From: Phycisphaerae bacterium
Lineage (GTDB): Bacteria > Planctomycetota > Phycisphaerae > UBA1845 > Fen-1342
Reading direction: 5' to 3'
DNA: 64,000 nt
Assembly (NCBI GenBank): GCA_050115495.1
Contig: JASFQK010000001.1
Location: 64,001-128,000 of the forward strand
Shown here: in pieces, positions 19,977 through 30,175 of the stretch
How the letters are laid out: each line of letters begins with the position of its first letter
Position numbering within the stretch: the stretch's first letter is position 1
Made by a program: the position numbers and the translations under genes
Notes under the pieces: model-generated
What the model was told of the DNA's origin: nothing
The model's database searches: none
The model's input: only the letters and a program-made list of their open reading frames with translations

Positions 19977-21071
19977 TTACGGGACCGGACGCCGCTGGCT
20001 GTGCGCCTCCGCAAACCGCCGAGCCTCTTGGTATACCTTTACATCCGAGGTAACAAGCATGGTGATCTCGGGGAACTCCGGGTCGTTCGTGAAGATGGTC
20101 AGCTTCACACCCTCCGCCGGCACCGTCACGCTCGCGGCTAGGTCCACCAGGATCCGCACGTTCCGGGTCGGCACCGCCGTGTCCAACGCCACCTGCCGGG
20201 CCTCCTCGGGCTCGCCCACCGTCAGCTTCATCCCCGGCTGCCCGCACTCCGCCCGCGTCACCCGAAATGACGCATCGTCCCCGAAGTAACGAACCACGAT
20301 GACCCGCCGCAGCAAGTCCGGCGACTCCGGCATATACAACGCCATGGGGTACAGCTCGACCCGATCCACAACCTGTGCCCGAACCAGAATCTCGATCCGC
20401 GGCTCCTGCTCCAGACCCGTCGTGAAATAGACCTTCTCCTCCACCGGAATCCGTTCGAACGGCGGCCGCGTCGTCACCGTCAGCTCGTACGCCCGCCCCT
20501 CCTTCAACGTCTTCAACTCCGCCACGAACTTGCCCGTCTTCAACGGACGCATCTCCAGCCGCATCGGCTCCTTTTCCTGGTTCACCAGCCGGATCTTCTG
20601 CGTCTGCGTTTTGTTCGGTTCCAGCGTGTTGAAACGCAGGCCGTGCGCCGGCGTGAGCTCCACCGACCGCTTCACGATGCCGGTCACCGCGAACAGCACC
20701 GCCGGCCGCTGCGGATCGTTCGACTTGATCGTCACCCGCGCCTGCGATTTCCCGCTCTTCAAGCGAACATCAAAGCTGATCTTCGCCGTCACCTGCTCCC
20801 CCGGCGCCACCTCGTACTTCTCCAGCGGCGTCACCGTGCACCCGCAACAGCCAAACACGCGACTCAGCCGCAGCTCCCCATCCCCGGTGTTCGAGATCGT
20901 CAGCTCGAACTGCACCTGGTCCGTGGGATGCACCGTCCCGAAATCCCAGAACGGCTGCGACAGCGCGATGCGTGGCGTGCCGTCGGCCAGCGCCGCCGGC
21001 GAGACCACCGCCAACACCACAACCATCCCGAGTCCGAATAACCAGAATATCCTTGGCTGCATGGAATTCAC
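19977..21071 (-). CDS. Secreted DUF1573 (Ig-like) domain protein
   Basis: Signal peptide, WDFGTV, ISNTGDGEL, GCCGCT, VAPGE, SNDP. Confidence 0.8.
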   Translation of the reverse strand: MNSMQPRIFWLFGLGMVVVLAVVSPAALADGTPRIALSQPFWDFGTVHPTDQVQFELTISNTGDGELRLSRVFGCCGCTVTPLEKYEVAPGEQVTAKISFDVRLKSGKSQARVTIKSNDPQRPAVLFAVTGIVKRSVELTPAHGLRFNTLEPNKTQTQKIRLVNQEKEPMRLEMRPLKTGKFVAELKTLKEGRAYELTVTTRPPFERIPVEEKVYFTTGLEQEPRIEILVRAQVVDRVELYPMALYMPESPDLLRRVIVVRYFGDDASFRVTRAECGQPGMKLTVGEPEEARQVALDTAVPTRNVRILVDLAASVTVPAEGVKLTIFTNDPEFPEITMLVTSDVKVYQEARRFAEAHSQRRPVP

Positions 21072-21230
21072 CTCGGCAAGTCTGCGTGGATCCCGCCGGA
21101 AAGCGAACTACGCCCCGGCGCTGGTCCCCCAGCCAGATCCGTGCACTCCTGACGGATTTGCGATTCTATCGCCCGCGACATGGAGTAGCCAGCGCCGCCC
21201 GCCCGCGGCGCCGGCTGAGTCGTCCGGTAA

Positions 21231-22175
21231 TCAGTTCAGCGTGGGGTTGTCCCGCAGTGCCGCCAGCATCTTCAGCGCCGCCGGCCCCGCCAGCACCACG
21301 CCCATCGCCGGGAAGATGAACAGCACCAGAGGGATCATCAGCTTGACCGCGGTCTTCTGGGCCCGCTCTTCGGCGGCCTGGTGCCGCTTCGTGCGCAGCG
21401 TGTCCGCCTGGTTGCGCAGGGCCTTGGCGATGCTCGTGCCGAACTTCTCCGCCTGGAGCACCACCGTCACCAGGCTGCGCATCTCCTCCACGCCGCAACG
21501 CCGGGCCATGTTCTCCAGCGCCTCCCCGCGCGGAATGCCCATCTGCGTTTCCATGGTGGCGATGCGCATCTCTTCCGACAGGTCGTGATGCACCAGGGCC
21601 ATCTCTTCGCCGACGCGCTTGATCGCCGCATCCAGCGCCAGGCCCGACTCCACCGACACCACCAGCAGGTCCAGCGTGTCCGGCAAACCGTGGCGGATCT
21701 TCTGCTTGCGCCCGCCCGAAGCCACCGACAGCCAGAAGTTCGGCAGCATGAAGCCCGCCCCGGCGCCGAAGGCCACGAGGCCCAGCAGCGTCGTCAACTG
21801 CGCGTTCACCGACAGGGCGACGAACGCCGCCACCAGCAGCCCGACGATCGCCAGCACGCTCTTGCTGGCCAGGAAGATGGTCTGCGCCCCGGCCTGCCGA
21901 TAGCCGGCGTTGGCCAGCTTCAGGCGCAGCATATTCTGATCCTGGTCCGACGAAGGCAGCACCAGCTTCGACAGCATGGGCGTGGCCCGCTTGACCAGTT
22001 GGGCCGTCGCCGTGCTGCGGGCTCTTTCGCGGATTTCCGCGATCTCATCCACGCCCCGCCCGCCGGCCAGCCGGCGTTTAACCGCGTCGCGCCCGTCGCG
22101 CTTGCGCGGCATCAGGCTGTACAGCACGAGGCCGATGGAGACCGCTAACAGGATGCCGAGCGTCCACAGGTTCAT
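21231..22175 (-). CDS. tadC: Tad pilus inner-membrane protein TadC (T2SS F family)
   Basis: LPDTLDLLVVSVESGLALDAAI, QAEKFGTSI, AEERAQKTAVKLMIPLVLFIFP. Confidence 0.92.
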   Translation of the reverse strand: MNLWTLGILLAVSIGLVLYSLMPRKRDGRDAVKRRLAGGRGVDEIAEIRERARSTATAQLVKRATPMLSKLVLPSSDQDQNMLRLKLANAGYRQAGAQTIFLASKSVLAIVGLLVAAFVALSVNAQLTTLLGLVAFGAGAGFMLPNFWLSVASGGRKQKIRHGLPDTLDLLVVSVESGLALDAAIKRVGEEMALVHHDLSEEMRIATMETQMGIPRGEALENMARRCGVEEMRSLVTVVLQAEKFGTSIAKALRNQADTLRTKRHQAAEERAQKTAVKLMIPLVLFIFPAMGVVLAGPAALKMLAALRDNPTLN

Positions 22176-22186
22176 TGGCCGCCCTC

Positions 22187-23200
22187 CTACACCTTGATGT
22201 TCACAATCTTCTTGATCATGGCCCAGCCCATGAGCTGCATGACGATCGCCACCGTCAACATCATCTTCCCCGCCGGCTCGGTCAGCAGCATCATCGCATA
22301 CTCACGGTTCACCTGGAGCATGACCACGAACACGACCACCGGCAGCGCCAGCAGCACGTAACCCGACAGCCGGCCCTCGGCGGTGAGCGCCTGCACCGTC
22401 CCGAACAGCTTGATGCGGTCGCGAATCACCGTGCCGATCTTGTCCAGCACCTCGGCCAGGTCACCACCGGTCTGCCGCTGGATCAGCACGGCCGTCACAA
22501 AGAACCGCACGTCGAGCATCCCCACCCGATCCGCCATGTTCTTCAGGGCGTCCTCGATCTTCAGACCCAGGTTCTGCTCGTGGAACACGCGCCCGAATTC
22601 CGTCCCCGCCGGATCCGGCATCTCCTTCGCCACGAGCTGCATCCCGCTGGCCAGCGAGTGCCCGGCCCGCAGCGCCTGGCTCAGCAGCTCGAACACGTCC
22701 GGCAACTGGTCCACCATCTTCGCCAGCCGCTTCTTCCGCCGCCGGAACAGGTACAGAATCGGCAGGATGAACGTGCCCGCCGCCGCACCCAGGGCCACCA
22801 GCAGCGACACCTGGAACATCAGCAGCACCGCCAGCAGCACGCTGGCCGCGGCCGTCAGCCGCACCATCACCTGCGGTGCCGACCAGGCCACGTTCGCCTG
22901 GTCCAGCGCCCGCTGTAGCTTCGCCGTGAAGCTCAGCTTGGCGAAGGCCTGGGCCAGGATGCCCGTGGCCTCCACCGTCTGCCGGCGAAAGTCCTCGAAT
23001 CCCGCCGTCGCCGTCGCTGCCTTGCGACGCCCCCCACCCTTCAACCGGTCCATTACCCGCTTGCGCGTGTTCGAGCGGAGGTCATACACCGCCTGAAACA
23101 CGCCGTAGGCGAGCATGACCGAACCGGCCAGGGGCGCCAGGATCAACAGGATCCCCTGTACGCTGCCGATGCCCTGAAGGGCCAGGATCGCGCTGCACAT
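22187..23200 (-). CDS. tadB: Tad pilus inner-membrane protein TadB
   Basis: QLPDVFELLSQALRAGHSL, IQRQTGGDLAEVL, ALTAEGRLS. Confidence 0.92.
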   Translation of the reverse strand: MCSAILALQGIGSVQGILLILAPLAGSVMLAYGVFQAVYDLRSNTRKRVMDRLKGGGRRKAATATAGFEDFRRQTVEATGILAQAFAKLSFTAKLQRALDQANVAWSAPQVMVRLTAAASVLLAVLLMFQVSLLVALGAAAGTFILPILYLFRRRKKRLAKMVDQLPDVFELLSQALRAGHSLASGMQLVAKEMPDPAGTEFGRVFHEQNLGLKIEDALKNMADRVGMLDVRFFVTAVLIQRQTGGDLAEVLDKIGTVIRDRIKLFGTVQALTAEGRLSGYVLLALPVVVFVVMLQVNREYAMMLLTEPAGKMMLTVAIVMQLMGWAMIKKIVNIKV

Positions 23201-23203
23201 GGC

Positions 23204-24712
23204 TCAGTCGTCCACTACCAGGTCACGTTGTTCAAACCACGCCGGATCCAGCACGCATCCGGCGGCCCTCAGACGGTCGACGAACTGCGGACGCACACCC
23301 GTGGCCACGATCCGACCACAGGCCTTGCCGTCCGCCGTCACCCCGTCCTGCTCAAACTTGAAGACGTCCTGCATCGTAATCACGTCCCCCTCCATGCCCT
23401 GCACCTCGGTGACGCTGACGATCTTGCGCGGCCCACCCGTCAGACGGGCGGCCTGCACGATCAGGTTGATCGCCGAGGCGAACTGCTGGCGAATGGCCTT
23501 CGTCGGCAGCTCGAACCCCGACATCATCACCATCGTCTCCACGCGCTGCACCGCGTCACGCGTGTTGTTCGCGTGAATCGTCGTCATCGAGCCTTCGTGG
23601 CCCGTGTTCATCGCCTGCAACATGTCCAGCGTCTCGCCGCCACGGCACTCACCGACCACGATCCGGTCCGGCCGCATACGCAACGAGTTGATCAGCAGGT
23701 CGCGAATCGAGATGCGCCCCTTCCCCTCGATGTTCGGCGGCCGCGTCTCCAGCCGCACCACGTGCGGCTGCCGCAGTTGCAGCTCCGCCGCGTCCTCGAT
23801 CGTCACGATACGCTCGTCCTCGGGAATGAACGACGACAGGTTGTTCAGCAGCGTCGTCTTGCCCGAGCCCGTACCGCCGGCGATCAGAATGTTCAGCCCG
23901 GCCGCCACGCACGCCTTCAGAAAATCCACCATCTGCGGCGCGCACGACTTGAACCGCACGTAGTCGTCCCACGTGATCGGATCCTTGCCGAAACGCCGAA
24001 TCGACATCGATGGCCCGTCAATCGCCAGCGGCGGAATGATGGCGTTCACACGGCTGCCGTCCTTCAGACGGGCGTCCACCATCGGGCTGGTTTCGTCACA
24101 GCGCCGGCCCAGCGGCGCCACGATCTTGTCAATCACGTGCAGCAGGTGCTGGTTGTCCTTGAACTTCACGTCCGTGAGCGTGAGCTGCCCTTTGCGCTCC
24201 ACGTACACCTGCTTCGGCCCGTTGATCAGAATGTCCGACACCAGCGCGTCGGCCAGCAACGCCTCCAGCGGCCCCAGCCCGAACGTCTCGTCCAGAATCT
24301 CCTGCGCCAGCCGCTCCCGCTCGCTGAAGTTCAGCAGCGTGTTCTCTTCATCACACAGCGCCTTCACCACCTGCCGGACCTGCTCGCGCATCTCCGGCGT
24401 GGCCTCCCGCTCCAGCTTGGTCATGTCGAGCTGCTCGACCAGCTTGCGGTGAATACGCCCCTTCAGCTCCTGAAACCGCTGCGCCCGCTCATCGGCCAAC
24501 CGGTCGTCCTTCGACCGCGCCGGCTTCGGCGGCACGGGCGCCACGGCCGGCACCGGTACCGGCACCGGCGCCGGCGCCGGAGTCTTCGCCGCCGGCGCTT
24601 CCGCCGCCGCGGCCGGCTCAGCCGGCGCCGGCTCGCTCACGGGTCGCTCTTCCGCCACTGGCGGCGGTGGCGCCGTCGCCGTGTTGTTCTGCTTGCGAGA
24701 AAACAAAGCCAT
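23204..24712 (-). CDS. cpaF: Tad pilus assembly ATPase TadA/CpaF
   Basis: Walker [46 protein letters not shown]; Pro/Ala-rich N-terminus. Confidence 0.95.
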   Translation of the reverse strand: MALFSRKQNNTATAPPPPVAEERPVSEPAPAEPAAAAEAPAAKTPAPAPVPVPVPAVAPVPPKPARSKDDRLADERAQRFQELKGRIHRKLVEQLDMTKLEREATPEMREQVRQVVKALCDEENTLLNFSERERLAQEILDETFGLGPLEALLADALVSDILINGPKQVYVERKGQLTLTDVKFKDNQHLLHVIDKIVAPLGRRCDETSPMVDARLKDGSRVNAIIPPLAIDGPSMSIRRFGKDPITWDDYVRFKSCAPQMVDFLKACVAAGLNILIAGGTGSGKTTLLNNLSSFIPEDERIVTIEDAAELQLRQPHVVRLETRPPNIEGKGRISIRDLLINSLRMRPDRIVVGECRGGETLDMLQAMNTGHEGSMTTIHANNTRDAVQRVETMVMMSGFELPTKAIRQQFASAINLIVQAARLTGGPRKIVSVTEVQGMEGDVITMQDVFKFEQDGVTADGKACGRIVATGVRPQFVDRLRAAGCVLDPAWFEQRDLVVDD

Positions 24713-24800
24713 ACCTGGCTCCACAACAAAGTCCTGCGGCGCTTCCGTGCCCGATCACCGGCATCCCTGTCCGGGGCCCACGCCCCGCCCCTCCGGCGGA

Positions 24801-26048
24801 CTACTTCTGACCGGCGAAGAGCGAGAACAACCCCTTCTTCTGGGGTTCGGCGCCCTCGCCGTCCGGTGCGTCCTTGCCCTCCTCGCCGCCGACAGCGCCG
24901 GCCAGCGCTTGCGCGATCTGCCGATACGCCGCCCGCAGCTTCGATTTCGGTGCCCACTCCAGCAGCGGCGTCCCCACGTTCACCGCCGTGCTGCTCGTCT
25001 TCCAATCGTCCGGCATCACCCAGTCGAGCTTCCGCCCCAGCGTCGCCTCGACGTCCGCCTGCTCGAGGTACCCCGCCTCCCGCCCGAAGCGATTGCACAC
25101 CAGGCGGATGCGATCCATGTTGTAGCCCTTCCGCGCCAGGTCGGTCAGCAGACGATCCGTGTTGCGCACCGACGGCACCACGAGCTGCAGCACCACCAGG
25201 CACGCGTCCGCCATGTCCAGCACGGCCCGCGCCGTCCGGTCGAACCGGATCGGCCCGTCCACCATCACAAAGTCGTAGTGCTCCTGCAGCGCCGCCAGCG
25301 CCCCCGCCGTCTGCGCTGCGCTGATCTGCTCCGCCCGCTCCAGGTCGTTCGGCTGCGCCAGCACGTGCACACCGGTCGAGTGCTTCACCACCACGCGCTC
25401 GATCATCTGCGCCTCAATGCGCTCCGGCGTGTCACACAGGTCCGCGATCGTGTAGGAGGCCTGCGCATCCAGGAACATGGCCACCTGCCCGAAGCGGAAG
25501 TCCAGGTCCACTACCGCCACGCGCGGCGGACCCGCCACCCCGCTCGGACCGATCCAGCTCTTGAGCTGCGCCAGCTCCACCGCCAGGTTCGTCACCAGCG
25601 TCGTGGCCCCCACGCCACCGCACGTTCCCAGCACCGGAACCAGCCGCCCCACCCGCCGGCCCGAACCCGCACTCTCTCCGCCCACCCGGTGCAGAATCTC
25701 GCTGAGCTGCTCCGGTGGGAACGGCTTCCAGAGGAACTCCCGCATCCCGGCCCGCATCGCCCGCACCACCAGCTCCGCGTCGCGATCCTCGGTCATCGCG
25801 ATCGCCGCGAGGTGCTCCTTCCGCGCCTCGATCAGCGGCGCCACCACGTCCATCATCGCCGTCGGATTCGGATCCAGGTGGATCAGCAGTGCTTCGGCGG
25901 GGAATTGGTCGAGGGCCTGGGCCAGGAAGACGGGTTCGTCGATCTCGGCGACGATTTTGACGTGCTCAATGCTCAGCAGATAATTGCGCAGCTCCGCGGT
26001 GGCTTCCTCGTCGCTGTTGACCACGATGACGCGGATAACCTGGCTCAC
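24801..26048 (-). CDS. cpaE: CpaE/TadZ (receiver-like plus MinD-like ATPase)
   Basis: AMRAGMREFL, GTCGGVGATT, VDLDFRFG; GTG start; position in the tad cluster. Confidence 0.88.
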   Translation of the reverse strand: MSQVIRVIVVNSDEEATAELRNYLLSIEHVKIVAEIDEPVFLAQALDQFPAEALLIHLDPNPTAMMDVVAPLIEARKEHLAAIAMTEDRDAELVVRAMRAGMREFLWKPFPPEQLSEILHRVGGESAGSGRRVGRLVPVLGTCGGVGATTLVTNLAVELAQLKSWIGPSGVAGPPRVAVVDLDFRFGQVAMFLDAQASYTIADLCDTPERIEAQMIERVVVKHSTGVHVLAQPNDLERAEQISAAQTAGALAALQEHYDFVMVDGPIRFDRTARAVLDMADACLVVLQLVVPSVRNTDRLLTDLARKGYNMDRIRLVCNRFGREAGYLEQADVEATLGRKLDWVMPDDWKTSSTAVNVGTPLLEWAPKSKLRAAYRQIAQALAGAVGGEEGKDAPDGEGAEPQKKGLFSLFAGQK

Positions 26049-26214
26049 CGCTGCTGTGTGTCCTTCCGTGCGGCCGGCCTTGGCCTACGGACCGGAGCGC
26101 GGACGGCGACCTCGCGGGTCACGCCGCTCATACCAGGCTCGCCGCCTGCGCTCCGCGACCGGTCCGGCCGGTGGACGCCCACCTGCCGGCCCGGCCCGTC
26201 CGTTGCCTACCGGA

Positions 26215-28452
26215 CTACTCGAATAAGGCCACCGGGCGCTTACCGCCCAGCGTCCGGAAAATCTGCTCCAACTGCTCGGTGTATTCCTCCGGCGTGCCGA
26301 CCGCGTAGAACTCCTGTCCGTTCGCCGTGGCCGCAATCGCCTGCATCAGTTCACGATCCACGTTGTAGCCGACACTCACCGCGTAGATGCGGAAGCCGGC
26401 GTCCGCCGCAATCTCCGCCTGGTCCAGGGCGAAGTTCTTGGCGGCCTCCGACCCGTCACCGGTGGAATGCCCGTCCTCGTCGATGTTCGGCACACCGTCC
26501 GACATCAGCACGATGACCTTCGCCGACGCCGAGCGCGCCCGATCCGATCGCAGCTCCGCAATCGCCTTCTGCAAACCGCCGCCCAGGTTCGTGCTGCGGT
26601 CGTAGTGGCCCGACTGCCGGGTATACAGCGTCTGCGAGATCGACTGGAGGTCGTCCGTCAGGTTCACCTGGTGCCGGGCGGTCGACGCAAAGATCTCCAG
26701 CGACATGTGATCCAGGCTGTCCAGCGACTCGATCACATTCACCATCGTCTGCACCGCGTCCTTGATGGCCCGTAGCGGCTGCTCCGGCGTCGCCCACAGG
26801 ACTTCCGTCGAGTACGACTCCGGCTGCTTCTCCATCAGGTAGTCGGTGTACGTCTTCAGCCCGTAGCGGTACCTGAACCCGCTGCGCGAATAGTCAATGT
26901 ACTGGTACCACTGCCAGTCCAACGCATACTCCGGCATCGGTATCCAGGTTATCTCTCCGTAGCTGTCGTCCACGTAACTGTCACCGTTGCCGCCCGGGTG
27001 CGAACCCATGCCACTGGCCCAGTCGGCCAGCCCCAGCACCGTCGCCACCCGGTACCGCCAACGCCAGGTCGACGCCGACCCGTAACCGTCCGGCGGCGGG
27101 TTGATGTAATGACTGACCGGCGACCACTGCGGACTCGCCTTGCACACGATGTCGACGTCGCTGACGTACGAGCTGGCCGGCACGTCGAAGGCGAACCACT
27201 CCGTCTCCGACACACCGTCTTCACCCAGCGTCGTATCCTCAAACTTGATGCCGACCAGCCCGGTCTGCGGGTCTGGATTCACAATGCTGTGTGGATGGTT
27301 GTTCATGCTGCCTGCGGTGGAGTTGGCCAGCGACAGCGCCGACGCCGGCAACGAGATCTGGATGTTGCTCAGCGCCGGAGTATGCGTATCGGCATCGCTC
27401 GTCACGTACACGACGATCCAGTCGCGGTAGCTGGTGCTGCCATACACGCGGCTGTACCGCGTCTTGTGCACCACGCGCGTGGTGAAGCCCAAGCCGTCGG
27501 TTGCCGCCGCGCTCATGTAGCCCTGCTGCTCGTTCGACAGCACCGACCAGCGCTCGAAGACGTCGTAACCGCCGTCCACCAGCATGTCGTTCGCTCTGCT
27601 GTCGTTCCACGGCCCCAGCACGTTCTCCGGGTTCAGGTCCGTCGCCCACACGTACGAGCCCTTCGGCAAGTACACCAGCCCCGGATCGCTCGACGCGCTG
27701 TACGCGCCCGGCAACAGCGGATCGCCCCACTCGGACATCCGCCCGACGGTCGGTCCGAGGTCTCCGGCGTACTCCGTCTCCAGCTCCGAACCGGGGATGT
27801 ACGGCCGCGACGGCTCCGGCCCATCCAGCGCGCACCAGACGTCGCGCAGATTGGCATAGCCGCCATCGTTGCGGTTCCAGTAACGAAGCTGGCTGTCCCA
27901 GCACATCGAGTTCGACAGGTCGATCACGACCGCCACGTCACGCGGGGTCAGCACTGCCGACGCCTGCGCCCACATGTCCTTCTCCGCCGCTCCATAGATG
28001 TTCGCGAACATCAGCGGAATCGGACCACTCGGCGACTCGGACGTCCGCTTCACGGTCACCCGCACCGAGTCGTACGTGCTGCCCCCTGGCTGGAACTCGA
28101 ACTTCTCCGTCGCCGGGTTGTACACCGCCTTGCCCAGCTCCACGTCGCTGTACTGGTCGAGATAGACCGGATCCCCGGCGACGCGATGCTTCATCGCGTA
28201 CTCTTGCGCCGCTTCCCGGGCCAACTGCTCCGGATCCCCCTCCGTCTCACCGCCCAACTGGGCGGCCCCGGCCAGCGCCGCGGCATCCGCCGCCGCCTGT
28301 AGCTCGGTCTTGCTCGTGTACAGCATCCCGACGTCGACCGCCAGGGCGCCGAAGCCCATGATCAACGTGGACATTACCGCCACCTGCACGATGACGGCCG
28401 CACGCCGCATGTGACGTCGGCGATACGCCTTTCTCATTCTCCGCATGCGCAT
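26215..28452 (-). CDS. tadG: TadG-like pilus tip protein with vWA domain
   Basis: AVDVGMLY..ELQAAADAAALAGA, MIDAS-like VIDLSNSM, C-terminal STNLGGGL and VIVLMSDG; GGAGGG RBS. Confidence 0.8.
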   Translation of the reverse strand: MRMRRMRKAYRRRHMRRAAVIVQVAVMSTLIMGFGALAVDVGMLYTSKTELQAAADAAALAGAAQLGGETEGDPEQLAREAAQEYAMKHRVAGDPVYLDQYSDVELGKAVYNPATEKFEFQPGGSTYDSVRVTVKRTSESPSGPIPLMFANIYGAAEKDMWAQASAVLTPRDVAVVIDLSNSMCWDSQLRYWNRNDGGYANLRDVWCALDGPEPSRPYIPGSELETEYAGDLGPTVGRMSEWGDPLLPGAYSASSDPGLVYLPKGSYVWATDLNPENVLGPWNDSRANDMLVDGGYDVFERWSVLSNEQQGYMSAAATDGLGFTTRVVHKTRYSRVYGSTSYRDWIVVYVTSDADTHTPALSNIQISLPASALSLANSTAGSMNNHPHSIVNPDPQTGLVGIKFEDTTLGEDGVSETEWFAFDVPASSYVSDVDIVCKASPQWSPVSHYINPPPDGYGSASTWRWRYRVATVLGLADWASGMGSHPGGNGDSYVDDSYGEITWIPMPEYALDWQWYQYIDYSRSGFRYRYGLKTYTDYLMEKQPESYSTEVLWATPEQPLRAIKDAVQTMVNVIESLDSLDHMSLEIFASTARHQVNLTDDLQSISQTLYTRQSGHYDRSTNLGGGLQKAIAELRSDRARSASAKVIVLMSDGVPNIDEDGHSTGDGSEAAKNFALDQAEIAADAGFRIYAVSVGYNVDRELMQAIAATANGQEFYAVGTPEEYTEQLEQIFRTLGGKRPVALFE

Positions 28453-28633
28453 TCTCAACCCTCCGCTTTCCTCCGCACCGCAGTGCATCCTTCCCCGCAA
28501 ACCCGAACGCGATCTATGCTCCTCACCCCGGCAGCCCCGCTCGCCGCCCGACGCTGCGCAGCGCCCGACGCGGCCGCCCACGGCGACCGCGACCACGCCC
28601 CGAACAACGCCGGACGGGTCCACACCCTCACGT

Positions 28634-30175
28634 CTAACCTCCTTCTCCCGCTCCGGCCGGTCCCACCGGCCCACGTAACCGACAAATCCCCGTCCCATAT
28701 AGCTCACCCGGTTTCACCGGCCACGCTGTCCGCGGCGACTCGTCCACCGGTTTCTCCGCGCGCCGCCCCTCCAATTCGCCGTTCATGAACAGCTCCGCGT
28801 CGTTCGGCGACACGAGGTCCGAACCCGGTACATAGGCCACCTGGTCCGGAGTCAGCGGTTCCACCAGCTCCGGCGTCACCAGCACGACGAGTTCGGTCTC
28901 GCTCGACTGGTACTCCACCGAGCTGAACAGCGCGCCCAGCACCGGAATGTCGCCCAGCAGCGGCACCTTCCGGCTCACGCCGCGCGTCCGCTCGCTGAGC
29001 AGCCCGCCCAGCGCAAACGTCTGGCCCGGGCCCAGCTCCACCACGGTGTCCACCTTCCGCTGAATCAGACCCGGCACGACGAAACCGCCCAGCGTCACCG
29101 CCGAGCTGTAGTCCGGCTCGCTCACTTCCGGCGCCACGTGCAGCCGGATCGTGTTGTCGCTCAGCACCGTCGGCGTGAACCGCAACTGCACGCCGAACTC
29201 GCGGTACTCGATCGTGACCGAGTCCCGTTGCGGCACCGGCACCGGAAACTCACCGCCCGCCAGGAAGCTCGCCTCCTGCCCGTTCACCGACACCAGGTTC
29301 GGCTCGGCCAGGATCTTCAGCAGCCCGTTCTCCCGCAGCGCCTGGATGAACACCTGCATCTGCACGCGCGGGAAACCGATGCTCAGCGTCGGCGTTTCCG
29401 TCAGGTTCAAACCGTTTTGATCCGTCGCGAACGGGATTGTCCCCGCGGCGTTCACCGCGCCGGCGGCCCCGATGTTCACCGGGTTGAGCCCGCCCAACTG
29501 GCTCACCGCGAACGCGTCGCGGAAGTGATCGCCAGCCATCCAGCCGTTGAAGCCCAACTGCCGCGTGGCCGTCTTGTTCACCTCCGCCACCGTGCAGCGC
29601 AGCAGCACCTGCTGCACCCCGGCGACGCGCATATGGTTCACCACGTTCGACGAGTAGATGTTCGCCACTTCCATGATTCGCAGCGCCGCTTCGGCGTCCG
29701 GCACGTGCCCGCTGAGCACCACCGTGTCCAGCACGCTCCGCGCCTCCACCCGCGCTCGCGGCACCGTCGAGCGAATGCTCGCCTGCAACCGCTCCAGGTC
29801 GATGTCCACCGCCACGTCGAACAGCGCCTGCTGGTCGCCGTCCACCCAGGCCACCAGTTGCGTCGTCCCGAAGGACTTCCCGCTCACCAGCACCTGCCGC
29901 GGCCCGGTCACGCGGAAATCCGCGATCTCCGGATTGGCCATCTGCACCTCGCGCACCGGTACGTTGAAGTCCACCAGCACGCTCTTGTTTACCGGCACAC
30001 AGATCAGCTTCCCCTGGTCGGGAAGCGCACTCACCGTGAAATCCACCGCCGGCGGTGCCGGCGCACTTTCCTGGGCGCACGCCAACGGCGCCGCCACGGC
30101 CAGCACACCGAACAGGGCGGCGGCGGCCCATAGCAATCGGCGATGAGGTTCGGCGATGTAAGGCTGCGGGGTCAT
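28634..30175 (-). CDS. cpaC: Tad secretin CpaC/RcpA
   Basis: LAEPNLVSVNGQEASFLAGGEFPVP, EFGVQLRFTP, PLLGDIPVLGALF, ETELVVLVTP. Confidence 0.93.
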   Translation of the reverse strand: MTPQPYIAEPHRRLLWAAAALFGVLAVAAPLACAQESAPAPPAVDFTVSALPDQGKLICVPVNKSVLVDFNVPVREVQMANPEIADFRVTGPRQVLVSGKSFGTTQLVAWVDGDQQALFDVAVDIDLERLQASIRSTVPRARVEARSVLDTVVLSGHVPDAEAALRIMEVANIYSSNVVNHMRVAGVQQVLLRCTVAEVNKTATRQLGFNGWMAGDHFRDAFAVSQLGGLNPVNIGAAGAVNAAGTIPFATDQNGLNLTETPTLSIGFPRVQMQVFIQALRENGLLKILAEPNLVSVNGQEASFLAGGEFPVPVPQRDSVTIEYREFGVQLRFTPTVLSDNTIRLHVAPEVSEPDYSSAVTLGGFVVPGLIQRKVDTVVELGPGQTFALGGLLSERTRGVSRKVPLLGDIPVLGALFSSVEYQSSETELVVLVTPELVEPLTPDQVAYVPGSDLVSPNDAELFMNGELEGRRAEKPVDESPRTAWPVKPGELYGTGICRLRGPVGPAGAGEGG

